A DNA stretch of 20,000 nt from an uncultured virus (IMG/VR IMGVR_UViG_3300049791_000126) (Duplodnaviria > Heunggongvirae > Uroviricota > Caudoviricetes), in IMG/VR virus record IMGVR_UViG_3300049791_000126. One strand, 5' to 3'. Within the stretch, counting starts at the first letter, position 1. Every line of letters starts with the position of its first letter. The position numbers and the translations under genes were made by a program. The notes beneath the pieces are model-generated. The model was not told the DNA's origin. It saw only the letters and a program-made list of their open reading frames with translations, and did not search any database. Positions 8,463 to 16,858 of the stretch are shown here, piece by piece.

Positions 8463-8902
8463 TACGGGGTAGGATAGCTCTCTTCAGCGCACTCGTCTGC
8501 CCGGAACACCACCACCACTTGGTGATCCATCACAATGACCGGCAGCGTATTGGTCATGGAGCGCAGCTTGAGGGCCTCCTCTGGATCGACCAACTCGAGG
8601 ATGCCCTGCATCCCCTCACGGTCCGCCAGGCCTCGTGCGAATGGGACCTGGCCCTGATCTCGATAGGCTTGCCAGTCGTGGCCAGGCATGAGTATCGCAG
8701 CGAGTTCACCGCCGATCAGGTCATCGACGTTGAGGATCAACAGCGCGCAGGAATCGCTTTTGCCGAGATCGGATGCGCGTTTTTGGAAGTGTGCGATCCG
8801 TTCGGCATTTTGATGGAGCGTAGTCCAGCAATTGTGCTTGCTCACGGCCGTGAGCACCGCGAGCGCTTCGGGGTCATCCAAGATGATGTCGATAGCGGGC
8901 AT
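8462..8902 (-). CDS. Hypothetical protein
   Basis: GGAG RBS, ATG 8902 (MPAIDI); MPGHDWQAYRDQGQVPFARGL segment. Confidence 0.7.
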   Translation of the reverse strand: MPAIDIILDDPEALAVLTAVSKHNCWTTLHQNAERIAHFQKRASDLGKSDSCALLILNVDDLIGGELAAILMPGHDWQAYRDQGQVPFARGLADREGMQGILELVDPEEALKLRSMTNTLPVIVMDHQVVVVFRADECAEESYPTP

Positions 8903-9150
8903 CAGGGTTTCTCCGGGTGCTCTTCGAGTAGCATCTGCATCACAGTGGTTGCTTGACAGAGGGCGTCGAAGTGGTTGACGCCGAAGGAACAGGACAAGAG
9001 CCAATTGGTACCGTCGCTGTGGACATAGGTCACGCGAACTTTGTCGTCCAGGATCTTGCCGATCGCGGAATACTTCCAGCCGCGCTTCGTCCATTGCTCC
9101 AAGATCTCGAGCACGTGGACGGCTTGTTCTGGGGTCGGGGTGGGGGTCAT
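8902..9150 (-). CDS. Hypothetical protein
   Basis: ATG 9150, coupled to neighbouring genes. Confidence 0.6.
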   Translation of the reverse strand: MTPTPTPEQAVHVLEILEQWTKRGWKYSAIGKILDDKVRVTYVHSDGTNWLLSCSFGVNHFDALCQATTVMQMLLEEHPEKP

Positions 9151-9461
9151 ACACTGAACCTTTCCCCCGCTATGAGTGCTTCCAGGTGATCGTCGAGCCA
9201 CTGCTGAGCCCAGTGCTCCGACCAATTCTCCGCTTCACGACATTCCAGCAGGTAAGGGCCGCCAAAGCTGAACTTCGCAATGCGAGGAACGTGCTGATGG
9301 GTTGGATCTTCTGGTCGAACGCTGCCGCTCGTCACGCCCAGCGTGACCCCGGGACGCAGATACAGAAACAGCTCCCAATGACCCGGGGACTCCTCGAATA
9401 GAGCAATGCGCAAGACGCCCAAGTTTTGTTTACGCCCGAGTTTGCTGTCGGACCAGGTCAT
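9147..9461 (-). CDS. Hypothetical protein
   Basis: ATG 9461 (MTWSDS), ATGA overlap. Confidence 0.6.
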   Translation of the reverse strand: MTWSDSKLGRKQNLGVLRIALFEESPGHWELFLYLRPGVTLGVTSGSVRPEDPTHQHVPRIAKFSFGGPYLLECREAENWSEHWAQQWLDDHLEALIAGERFSV

Positions 9462-9814
9462 GGCTTCACCAGCCTGAGCTTGCGCCGTAAGATCTGCCCG
9501 ACCTGCCTCACGCGCGCGACGTAGTCGCCGTCGCACTCCTGCTCGTCATCCTCCCAGCCGAGTTCTTCGTCGATCAGCATGCGAAGCTCGCCGAGCGATT
9601 TCGAGTCATCCGCGTCGTACCCGAATGCCCCGAGCACCTCGTCGCCTTCTGCCTCGTCGGCGGCGTAGAGCACCTCGATCGCGTGAGCGCGCGCTTCTGT
9701 CGGCGTCATGGTCTTGTCGCCGCGCACGGTCACGCGCACGTGGTGAGCGTCTGGGATGAACAGGAGCGCGAGCAATGGGCGGAGATGGTGGAAGTTGTCT
9801 TTTGGGTGGGGCAT
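9458..9814 (-). CDS. Hypothetical acidic protein
   Basis: 118-aa ORF abutting the upstream stop. Confidence 0.6.
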   Translation of the reverse strand: MPHPKDNFHHLRPLLALLFIPDAHHVRVTVRGDKTMTPTEARAHAIEVLYAADEAEGDEVLGAFGYDADDSKSLGELRMLIDEELGWEDDEQECDGDYVARVRQVGQILRRKLRLVKP

Positions 9815-10057
9815 TTAGCGGTACTCCGGACTTCGCCCCGACCAATGCGCGCCGCACTTTCGACAGGTCGCGCCGTTCGTGGAGTGGCACCAGTCGTGAC
9901 CGTTGTGGCAGGCGTTAGATCCGTAGCTGGAGACAACACCGCACTGACGACATACTCGTCGGTCAGCTGAGTGACACCAATCGTGGCCCTGGAGGCAGCT
10001 CAGGGGTGCATTCTCGAGTTCATAGAGTTCGTCGGTTCTTCTGTACTCATCGGCCAT
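9815..10057 (-). CDS. Small protein with a tandemly duplicated C-H-CxxC motif
   Basis: C..GHDWCHS.....CRxCG occurs twice. Confidence 0.7.
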   Translation of the reverse strand: MADEYRRTDELYELENAPLSCLQGHDWCHSADRRVCRQCGVVSSYGSNACHNGHDWCHSTNGATCRKCGAHWSGRSPEYR

Positions 10058-10384
10058 TCAGATCACCACCACTCGGAGTTTGAAATCAGTCACGAGACCT
10101 TGCCCGCCTTTGAATACGGCGAGGTCACTGCTCACGAATACGACGCCGGCGGAGGTTCCTTCCTTGAGCATGCTGGCGATCATCGTCGGCGGCCACTCGG
10201 AGATCTCACGCCTCCCGAACTTCTCCGCTACGAACAGCTGCGCGCGCCCGCGCTCTGCCCGCCTGAAGAGATATTGCTCCTGCACGTACTCGGGCAAGCC
10301 CTTGGCTAGGTCCTGGGACTGAGCTTCCCGATCGGTGGTCCACCAGATGAGGAGCTCACGGCGGGGCTTGGGGGAGTCGCTCAT
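10058..10384 (-). CDS. Hypothetical protein
   Basis: 108-aa ORF, coupled. Confidence 0.65.
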   Translation of the reverse strand: MSDSPKPRRELLIWWTTDREAQSQDLAKGLPEYVQEQYLFRRAERGRAQLFVAEKFGRREISEWPPTMIASMLKEGTSAGVVFVSSDLAVFKGGQGLVTDFKLRVVVI

Positions 10385-10734
10385 CGTTCGGTCGCCTCGA
10401 GCGCACCGATCTCAATGAACGGCATTTTGACTCGGCACCTTTTCTGCGTACAGGTCACCTCGTGGCCCTGGAGCTTGGCGAAGTAATCACCGATGGCTTC
10501 TTCGGGGGATGAGCCTTGGCCGTATCGGATGTCGCCAGGGCCGCCCTCGCGGCCGCTCACCACGACGCCACCTTTGCCGTTGGTCACGTCGATTCCGGTC
10601 AGGCGCGCCGAGAATCGGTGGCCGCCGATCTTCTCCTCGACGATCAAACTGCAGTCATATACCTCGCAGAACGCCTCCAGTGTCATGTGCGTCAGGCGGG
10701 GAGCTTCAGGCAAACGGTACAACGTATACTTCAT
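10381..10734 (-). CDS. Hypothetical protein
   Basis: 117-aa ORF, ATGA overlaps at both ends. Confidence 0.65.
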   Translation of the reverse strand: MKYTLYRLPEAPRLTHMTLEAFCEVYDCSLIVEEKIGGHRFSARLTGIDVTNGKGGVVVSGREGGPGDIRYGQGSSPEEAIGDYFAKLQGHEVTCTQKRCRVKMPFIEIGALEATER

Positions 10735-11906
10735 GATGCTTGGCTCTCTTCTTTGGCTTCAACCGGCTTCCAGGTCACTCGCGCGAGCTCCGCCTGCTGC
10801 GCGTACTTGCCCTGCGCGGGCTTGTGGCTCTTGCAGCGCCCTTTGATCTGAAAGCGCATGCCCTGCATATCGGGCTTCGGGGCGACACCGGAGGCAAACC
10901 AGACGAGGTCGTGGCCTTCGTCGGTGCGGAAGGTGCAGATCGCTTTCGAGCCGAAGTCGTTTTGCATGAGGTAGTGGCGGACGAGGGTCACTTCCCCCTT
11001 GAACACCATGTGTTTTTCTACGGCATAGCCCTCGGCGCGCTTCTCGGGCAACTTCTTTGCGACTAGCTTGCCGAGCTCGCGGTTGTAGGCTGCAGGCGCG
11101 CTCGCGAGCAGCCCCGCGTGCTTGCCGACGCCTGAAACCTTGACGGCCAGCGACAGATTCCAGCGGTACTCAGACGGGTTTTCTCCGGGGTTCGCGCACC
11201 AGGCGAGGACGGCGTGCGCGGTCTCGATGTGGTCTTCGTTCGGTTGACCAGCGAGCCAGCGCGCGTGGGCATCGGCGCTGCCCGGAGATCCCTGACTGAG
11301 CCAGGTCGCCACGACGTGCGTCGGGGTGCGGGACGGGTCCTTCGACTTGACGAAGCCGTCGCGCTCAGTCGTCGCTACGGCGCACGCCAAGTACGCGATC
11401 GGGGCGACATCCCAGAAGCCGCCGTAGCCGCCCCAGTGCTCGTCCGAACCCTCTTCGGAGATGGCTTTGACGAGCTCGGCGAGCGCGATCATTTGCGCGG
11501 GATCGACCATCAGGAAGTCGGCGAGGCAGTTGCGCCCGATCTGTATGAGCCGCATGCCGTACTGCCGAAGCAAGAACGTCTCCTTGCGGCGGCGGTTCGT
11601 GTTGCAGTGCTCGCAGTGTGGCGCGGCCATGCGCCAGGAGGTGTCGAGGGCCTCGGTCTCCTTCGGGCCGCGGGCGATGACGTTGCCATCTTTCCCGTGC
11701 TCGATGCGCGCTGCGAACTCGTAACCACCGACGCTCGGGAGATCGCCGATCGTGATGCGCGCGCAGGTCAAGACAGTCTTCTTGCGGATGAGCGTCGTCG
11801 TGCCGGGCACTTCCTCGATCAGGACGCCGGCCGTGCGGGCGAGCTTGTCCAAGCGCTTCCAGACCTTCGGGAGGGCTTCTTGGGGGACGAGGAGCGAGAG
11901 GGTCAT
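10731..11906 (-). CDS. Phage-type protein with Zn-binding motif and probable C-terminal OB fold
   Basis: Likely start ATG 11906 (MTLSLL); CEHCNTNRRRK...QIGRNCLADF; C-terminal GHDLVWFASG...IKGRCKSH...QAELARV. Confidence 0.75.
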   Translation of the reverse strand: MTLSLLVPQEALPKVWKRLDKLARTAGVLIEEVPGTTTLIRKKTVLTCARITIGDLPSVGGYEFAARIEHGKDGNVIARGPKETEALDTSWRMAAPHCEHCNTNRRRKETFLLRQYGMRLIQIGRNCLADFLMVDPAQMIALAELVKAISEEGSDEHWGGYGGFWDVAPIAYLACAVATTERDGFVKSKDPSRTPTHVVATWLSQGSPGSADAHARWLAGQPNEDHIETAHAVLAWCANPGENPSEYRWNLSLAVKVSGVGKHAGLLASAPAAYNRELGKLVAKKLPEKRAEGYAVEKHMVFKGEVTLVRHYLMQNDFGSKAICTFRTDEGHDLVWFASGVAPKPDMQGMRFQIKGRCKSHKPAQGKYAQQAELARVTWKPVEAKEESQAS

Positions 11907-11914
11907 GGTCGATG

Positions 11915-12172
11915 TTACGCGCGGGTGCGGAAGTTCTTCCCCCGGGTCACATAAAGTTCGGTCGAGCGGAAAAAGCCACCCGGCGCGCCGTCCTCGAATT
12001 CCACAAACGTGATCACGTAGTCGGTCTCCGGGCGGATGATGGCGCCCTTCCGTAACAAGCGCTGCAAGGTCTGTGAGATGATTCGGGTATGCCACATACG
12101 GTTTCCGTTCCAGGGGCACTTGCCCTCCGCGACCCGGAGCAAGATCTTGATCTCGAGATCGGTTAGCTTCAT
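11915..12172 (-). CDS. Hypothetical protein, possible winged helix
   Basis: MKLTDLEIKILLRV...QTLQRLLRKGAI pattern. Confidence 0.55.
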   Translation of the reverse strand: MKLTDLEIKILLRVAEGKCPWNGNRMWHTRIISQTLQRLLRKGAIIRPETDYVITFVEFEDGAPGGFFRSTELYVTRGKNFRTRA

Positions 12173-12255
12173 GGGTACTGCTTCAGGAACTCTCGTCCCT
12201 TGTCGGTGAGCTCCGCGAGCCACCGGTCGTCATTGGGAGCTAACCGGATAAGCAT
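12169..12255 (-). pseudogene. 28-aa ORF resembling a winged-helix C-terminal remnant
   Basis: MLIRLAPNDDRWLAELTDKGREFLKQYP; LTDKG motif; stop overlaps the next ATG. Confidence 0.35.
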
Positions 12256-12264
12256 GGTTCGATC

Positions 12265-12579
12265 CTACGCCCGGTAGTCGACTTTCTTCCCCGGCACCAC
12301 GTCGCGAATTTCGCTGTGTTCCTCGTACCCATCCCGCCGCGGGTCCCCAAACCGACCCGTCACGACCTCTTCGGTCACGAGCGCGAGCGTGCCCTTCTTC
12401 GGGCGCGCCTTCGGCGTGGCATCGCGGAGGGCGAGCGTGCTCTCGATCTCAGCGATTTTCTCGGTCGCTTCGCGCAGATCGAGCGCCATGCGGAGGACCG
12501 CGTGCTGCCCGATGGGGCTGTCCTTGAGGCGGCCGTCGTTGTCGATGATTTCTTTCAGGAAGTGAGCGGCGATTCTCAT
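12265..12579 (-). CDS. Hypothetical protein
   Basis: ATG 12579 (MRIAAH). Confidence 0.65.
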   Translation of the reverse strand: MRIAAHFLKEIIDNDGRLKDSPIGQHAVLRMALDLREATEKIAEIESTLALRDATPKARPKKGTLALVTEEVVTGRFGDPRRDGYEEHSEIRDVVPGKKVDYRA

Positions 12580-12584
12580 GGGGG

Positions 12585-12845
12585 TTACTTTCGTTGGTCG
12601 CGTTCGTAGTCGACATCCCACTCTTCAGCGAGCGGGGAGAGGATCACGGTGTCTCCCGTCACGTCGCACTCGATGTCGAGGGCTTCGTTTAGGAGGATGC
12701 GGGCTTCGGGGAGGTTCCCGGCGAGGTGCTCGGCCATGGCGCGCTCGACGAGCCTTGCGCATTCCTGGAACTTCCAGCCGATCTGACGGATCAAGTTTTT
12801 GCACTCGGCGTCGAGGGCGGCTGCGAGGTCTTGGGCTTGGCTCAT
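12585..12845 (-). CDS. Hypothetical protein
   Basis: ATG 12845 (MSQAQD), ATGA overlap. Confidence 0.65.
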   Translation of the reverse strand: MSQAQDLAAALDAECKNLIRQIGWKFQECARLVERAMAEHLAGNLPEARILLNEALDIECDVTGDTVILSPLAEEWDVDYERDQRK

Positions 12846-13165
12846 CGCCGTCCCGCGTCCTGATGGATGCCCGCGATGCGGAGGTGGTGGTAGACCTGAT
12901 CCAATAGACCGACCGCGAGGCAAAAGTGCTGCTCGGCAAGTGGCCCAAGCCCGGTCGTCTTCGACTCGAATAACAAATCCGCACGCAGTAGTTCGACGTG
13001 GCGTGCGATCTGGTTGAGATCGTCCGGTTTCGAAAGATCTAGGGTGCTTAGGTCAGGGCAGGTGAGGCCGTTCGGGACCTCTGTCTTGCGCACTGGGATG
13101 CCTTCGGGGACCGAGTCGAGGATCGCTTCGGTTAGGGTCTGCTGGATTTCGGATACGAGGCTCAT
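12842..13165 (-). CDS. Hypothetical protein
   Basis: 107-aa ORF in operon. Confidence 0.65.
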   Translation of the reverse strand: MSLVSEIQQTLTEAILDSVPEGIPVRKTEVPNGLTCPDLSTLDLSKPDDLNQIARHVELLRADLLFESKTTGLGPLAEQHFCLAVGLLDQVYHHLRIAGIHQDAGRR

Positions 13166-13172
13166 GGGCGGC

Positions 13173-13385
13173 TCAGTACAGGGGGTGGGCGAGCAAGCTC
13201 GCAGGTACCGCGCCAGGGGCGCGGAGGTAGGCGTCGCGGTCGATGATGGGGAAGTAGAGCTCGAGGCCGGGGGCGCGGTCGCTGAAGGCCTCCGGGCGGC
13301 GCGTGGGCGCTTCGTCGGCGGTCGGTAGGCCAGCGCGGCGGAGCACGTCGTCGATGTCTCCTTGGGTGACGGTAATAGAAGTCAT
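13173..13385 (-). CDS. Hypothetical protein
   Basis: ATG 13385 (MTSITV), TGATG overlap. Confidence 0.55.
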   Translation of the reverse strand: MTSITVTQGDIDDVLRRAGLPTADEAPTRRPEAFSDRAPGLELYFPIIDRDAYLRAPGAVPASLLAHPLY

Positions 13386-13723
13386 CAGAACTCCAGCACC
13401 ACGAAGCTGCTGTTCTTGTCGGGCACCGCAGCAACCCATACTCGCCGAGGGGATAGCCCCCGTTGCGCATAGTGACCGAAGCCGGAGCTGCCATTCGGCA
13501 GCTCTGTCCAGAGAAGATGGGACCCGACGAGTTCGTGGGCCTCGTCCTGGGCTCCCTTCGTGCCGAAGTAGTGCCCGATGAATTCTCGAGGACCTGGCAT
13601 CGTGGGAAGCACGATGGAGATCAGCAGAGTCGCTCCGTTCAGCCTTTTCTTCGGGCTCACCTCGACGCCAGCTCTGCCGCCGGGGAACACGTCGTGGTGG
13701 TCGGGGTCATTGTGCGTTGCCAT
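13385..13723 (-). CDS. Hypothetical protein
   Basis: AGGA RBS 7 nt before ATG; 112 aa. Confidence 0.65.
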   Translation of the reverse strand: MATHNDPDHHDVFPGGRAGVEVSPKKRLNGATLLISIVLPTMPGPREFIGHYFGTKGAQDEAHELVGSHLLWTELPNGSSGFGHYAQRGLSPRRVWVAAVPDKNSSFVVLEF

Positions 13724-13763
13724 CGTCTTGTCCTACGGAATTGGGGTGGGAGATCTTCCTTAC

Positions 13764-14288
13764 TCAGACGGCCAAGCGATTGGCTTGGCGTACGCCGCAC
13801 TCGCGGACGAAGTGATGGTGGAGAGCCACGTCGCACTCGACGTAGGCGTGGCAGAGACCGCAGTGCGCCTTGCTGTACGGCGAGCGCTCAGGGTGCGTGC
13901 AGCGCGCCTGGAGGGCCTCGCAGACGCGGCAGGCCTTGCGGTACGCCGACTCGAGCGCGCGGCGCTTGGGGCTCGCCTTCGGCAGCTCGCGCCAGCCCTT
14001 CCCCGCCTTCACGAACCGCCCCGAGAGAGCGTCCCGAGCTTCTCGCTCCGCATTGCCAGCAAGGCGGCACTCTTCGCGGAAGGCGGCGTCCGTCGGCGCA
14101 TCGAAGCGGAAGGCGATGACGACGCCCGGGGCGGCCACGTAGGGACCGTAGGCGCGGGCGGAGCAGGTGCACCAGGGGGCGGGCTCGTCACCGCTTTGCG
14201 GGTCGTAGAGGCCGGTCTTTTTGCAGCCCTGGCAGAGGATCTGGTGGGCGGGCAGGGCGGACTTTCGGGTGGCGCTGGAGTGGGTCAT
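13764..14288 (-). CDS. Cys-rich hypothetical protein
   Basis: ATG 14288 (MTHSSA); CQGC, CTC, CTHP...CGLC. Confidence 0.65.
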   Translation of the reverse strand: MTHSSATRKSALPAHQILCQGCKKTGLYDPQSGDEPAPWCTCSARAYGPYVAAPGVVIAFRFDAPTDAAFREECRLAGNAEREARDALSGRFVKAGKGWRELPKASPKRRALESAYRKACRVCEALQARCTHPERSPYSKAHCGLCHAYVECDVALHHHFVRECGVRQANRLAV

Positions 14289-14300
14289 GGCGAGGCTTAT

Positions 14301-14316
14301 TGCAGGGGGCATGCCA
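14301..14316 (-). promoter_or_regulatory. Putative sigma54 (-24/-12) promoter
   Basis: Minus strand TGGCATGCCCCCTGCA: GG-N10-GC spacing, close to the TGGCACG-N4-TTGCW consensus. Confidence 0.55.
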
Positions 14317-14399
14317 GGGGTCAGGCTTGGGCTTTTGCTGGTTTTTGAGGGGTGACGGCCCGGGAAGGCCGTCACAGGTGACGGTGTTACGGTGGGCTG

Positions 14400-14588
14400 T
14401 TACGACACCACCCCCGAGAAAGCTGGCACCCAGACGGCCACCAGGCCCTGGGGGTCGGTCACGTAGTAGTCTTCTGCGGGCTCCCCCGGGGCTGCGCGCC
14501 GCCGGCCATCGCGCGCGATGATATCGTCCACCTTGCGGCAGAGCGCGCAGCGACAGTCGGCTTCGTGCCGGATGATCTTCGTGCTCAT
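14400..14588 (-). CDS. Small hypothetical protein
   Basis: ATG 14588; HEADCRCALC motif. Confidence 0.55.
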   Translation of the reverse strand: MSTKIIRHEADCRCALCRKVDDIIARDGRRRAAPGEPAEDYYVTDPQGLVAVWVPAFSGVVS

Positions 14589-14704
14589 GGCTCGTCGTCG
14601 TGCCGCGTGAGCGAGCCCTTGAGCTTGAGGATACCAGTCGCGGCACCGACTGCTACCGTGACGCAGCCGATCACCGCGAACACATGCTCGACCGCTTGCG
14701 ACAT
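14585..14704 (-). CDS. 39-aa single-TM peptide
   Basis: MSQAVEHVFAVIGCVTVAVGAATGILK; coupled on both sides. Confidence 0.5.
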   Translation of the reverse strand: MSQAVEHVFAVIGCVTVAVGAATGILKLKGSLTRHDDEP

Positions 14705-16086
14705 CACTCTTCCCCAAACGCTTCCGCGAGCTCTTCCGCCGTGTAGGCGTCCTCCTCGTACTCGACCGACTCGAGACCCTGCTCGCCCGTCGTGGGGTTT
14801 TGCGCCCAGGTATCTCGCACGCGCTTGCAGCCGCAGTGACGACACACCTCGGTGATGATGACTCCGCTGCCGTTGCCGTGCACGCCGGGGTTCTCGGTGA
14901 GGCCACCGACGAGGCAGTGGGGGGACTGCCAGTCGTGCGTTTCGCCGTCCTCGCAGTCGGGCGCTGGGGCCTCTAGCGTGACTGTCTCGGAGGCGTCTTC
15001 GCCCGTCTCTTCGCAGCTCACGCGTACGTCAATGTACAGCGTGCCGGTGCTCTCGGGGTAGTTGGCGCGGTCGCAGTTGTCGCGAGCAATCCCGAGCGCC
15101 TCTTCGGCGCTCTCGGCCGTGATCGTGTCGTACTCGAAACCCTCTTCGCGGAGATCCCACTGGCGGGGGCAGTCGGAGTCGAGAAGAGCTTCGCGGGCTT
15201 CCCGCGCTTGCTGTTCAGCGTCGCGGAGCGCGGTATGGGCAAGGGAGAGATTCGCCGTGTTGTCTTCACCGGCGAGGTTCGCGGCCTCTTCGGCTTCCTC
15301 GTATTCCGTTTGCGCGATGAGGAGCATCGCATCGGCGAAGTCCTTGGTCGCCCGGAGCGCTTGTGCGCTGCCGACTTCGCTCATGCGCGCCGGGCAGCCA
15401 CTCCGCTCCAGGGTAGCGACGATCTCGACCGCTTCGCTCTCGGTCAACCCAATCGCTGCACCATAAGACATCCGACGCGGTTGGCCGGGCTGCTGCTGAC
15501 GGTCGGCGACAGTCCACTCCTCGGTGCCGTTCCCATCGTCGCTACGGAGCGCCTCGACAGTGTAGAGTGTCTCGGTCGCTTGCATCTCGATTTGGCTGAG
15601 TTGGGTCATGGTGTCTTGTCCTACGCTCGGGCCGCGGGGACCTTCCCTGCGGCGCCAGTCGGCCGCGATCTTGGCGACCGCCACGAGGCATTCTTCGAGT
15701 GCGGCGTAGTCGATCACGACCGGGCGAGCTCGGGATGGGAGCCCGCGCTGCGCGATCATGTTGGCGACGAAGAGCGTGGGGGTCACCTTGGCGAGTGACA
15801 TCGCGCCGAGCTGGTGCGGCTTAGTCTCCTTGATCGCGTTCCGGTAGCTTGCTTCTGGCCTGGGTGACAAGCGCGAGAGCGCTCGGGTGAAGCCCGCTCC
15901 CCACGCGCCCACGTCATTGCACACGTGCACGATGAAGCGCTCGTGGTGCCCCGTGTCGAACGGCTTCGTCGCGTCGCCCACGAGGTAAGAGATCTTGGTT
16001 GGCTCAGGCGTATCGCTGCGCGGGAGGCGCCCCTCGACCGCCGCCTGATGCGCGATCGCATCCTCTAGCGACTTGAAATCTCTCAT
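14704..16086 (-). CDS. Truncated macrodomain (TARG1/DarG-like) fused in frame to an acidic protein that has its own start at 15609
   Basis: ISYLVGDAT...IVHVCNDVGAWGAGF...VANMIAQ...IDYAALEECL; the C-terminal PRIGCGLAGG-type motif is absent; internal AGGA RBS plus ATG 15609 (MTQLSQ). Confidence 0.75.
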   Translation of the reverse strand: MRDFKSLEDAIAHQAAVEGRLPRSDTPEPTKISYLVGDATKPFDTGHHERFIVHVCNDVGAWGAGFTRALSRLSPRPEASYRNAIKETKPHQLGAMSLAKVTPTLFVANMIAQRGLPSRARPVVIDYAALEECLVAVAKIAADWRRREGPRGPSVGQDTMTQLSQIEMQATETLYTVEALRSDDGNGTEEWTVADRQQQPGQPRRMSYGAAIGLTESEAVEIVATLERSGCPARMSEVGSAQALRATKDFADAMLLIAQTEYEEAEEAANLAGEDNTANLSLAHTALRDAEQQAREAREALLDSDCPRQWDLREEGFEYDTITAESAEEALGIARDNCDRANYPESTGTLYIDVRVSCEETGEDASETVTLEAPAPDCEDGETHDWQSPHCLVGGLTENPGVHGNGSGVIITEVCRHCGCKRVRDTWAQNPTTGEQGLESVEYEEDAYTAEELAEAFGEE

Positions 16087-16304
16087 GGCGTTCGCCGCCC
16101 GCCCAAGAGCGCGCAGCGCACTTTCAGGACTTGACCATAGTTTCGGGTGGAGACGCTGCCGCGCGTGGCCGGCATTGTCGATTGGCATTCTCTGCAGGTC
16201 CAGGCGCAGGCGTGTTCGGCGCGAGTGATGCTCGGGCAAACTCCATGCTCATCGAACGCGGCGATGGTCGCGCGCATGTAACTGATGCTTTTGGGTTCGG
16301 TCAT
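16083..16304 (-). CDS. Small hypothetical protein
   Basis: ATG 16304, ATGA overlaps; Cys motifs. Confidence 0.5.
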   Translation of the reverse strand: MTEPKSISYMRATIAAFDEHGVCPSITRAEHACAWTCRECQSTMPATRGSVSTRNYGQVLKVRCALLGGRRTP

Positions 16305-16483
16305 GCTGGTCCCAGTATCCAACCACGCCGCACGGCTTCCTTGTAGAGCCATTCGCCGCAACGGCGTGAACTCCATATCGACGATATTCCGCTGGCGTCG
16401 AGCGCGTCACCGAGAGCATCTTGTTGCGCTTCAGATAGCGGCTGAAGCGCGCGGCGGAAGTCCGACCAAGCGCCCGCGATCAT
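16301..16483 (-). CDS. Small hypothetical protein
   Basis: 60 aa, ATGA overlaps at both ends. Confidence 0.55.
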   Translation of the reverse strand: MIAGAWSDFRRALQPLSEAQQDALGDALDASGISSIWSSRRCGEWLYKEAVRRGWILGPA

Positions 16484-16761
16484 CGCGAGCCGTACCCAGC
16501 TGCCGCCTCATCAACCGTCAAGCCCTGCACCCTGTACAGCGGAGGTTGCCCCGTCGAGCCTGCGGGAGCCGACCGCTGTTCGATCTCGGCACTGACGAGC
16601 TCGCCGTAGTGATCATACTGAAACCGCACGATCATGTTGTACTCGCCTGTCAAGCCATTCTTGAGCGCCGCGGCAAATCCGAGAGCGTTCATGATCTCCG
16701 CCTTGGTCAGTGTCGTCTTGGTAACCGGCCGCGTGTCCTCTGAGTCGTCCTGTATGGTCAT
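16480..16761 (-). CDS. Hypothetical protein, first gene of the minus-strand run
   Basis: 93-aa ORF. Confidence 0.6.
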   Translation of the reverse strand: MTIQDDSEDTRPVTKTTLTKAEIMNALGFAAALKNGLTGEYNMIVRFQYDHYGELVSAEIEQRSAPAGSTGQPPLYRVQGLTVDEAAAGYGSR

Positions 16762-16787
16762 TCCGCGATAATATCACTTATCGCGGA
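16762..16787. repeat. Perfect 10-6-10 inverted repeat, dif/lox-like recombination site or operator
   Basis: TCCGCGATAA-TATCAC-TTATCGCGGA. Confidence 0.7.
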
Positions 16788-16817
16788 CTATGTGATAGTG
16801 GGCTACTCACTTTTTCA

Positions 16818-16847
16818 TTGACCGATCCAAGCCTCATCGCGTAGTTT
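16818..16847 (+). promoter_or_regulatory. Putative sigma70-type promoter for the tRNA-like/PTH2 cassette
   Basis: TTGACC-N18-TAGTTT, with a T-tract upstream. Confidence 0.5.
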
Positions 16848-16858
16848 CCAGGCGTGGC

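Noticed and set aside
11907..12119. Long N-terminal extensions in the ORF track (462, 413, 511 and 230 aa versions)
   Set aside because: They overlap upstream genes; internal ATGs with stop/start coupling fit better.
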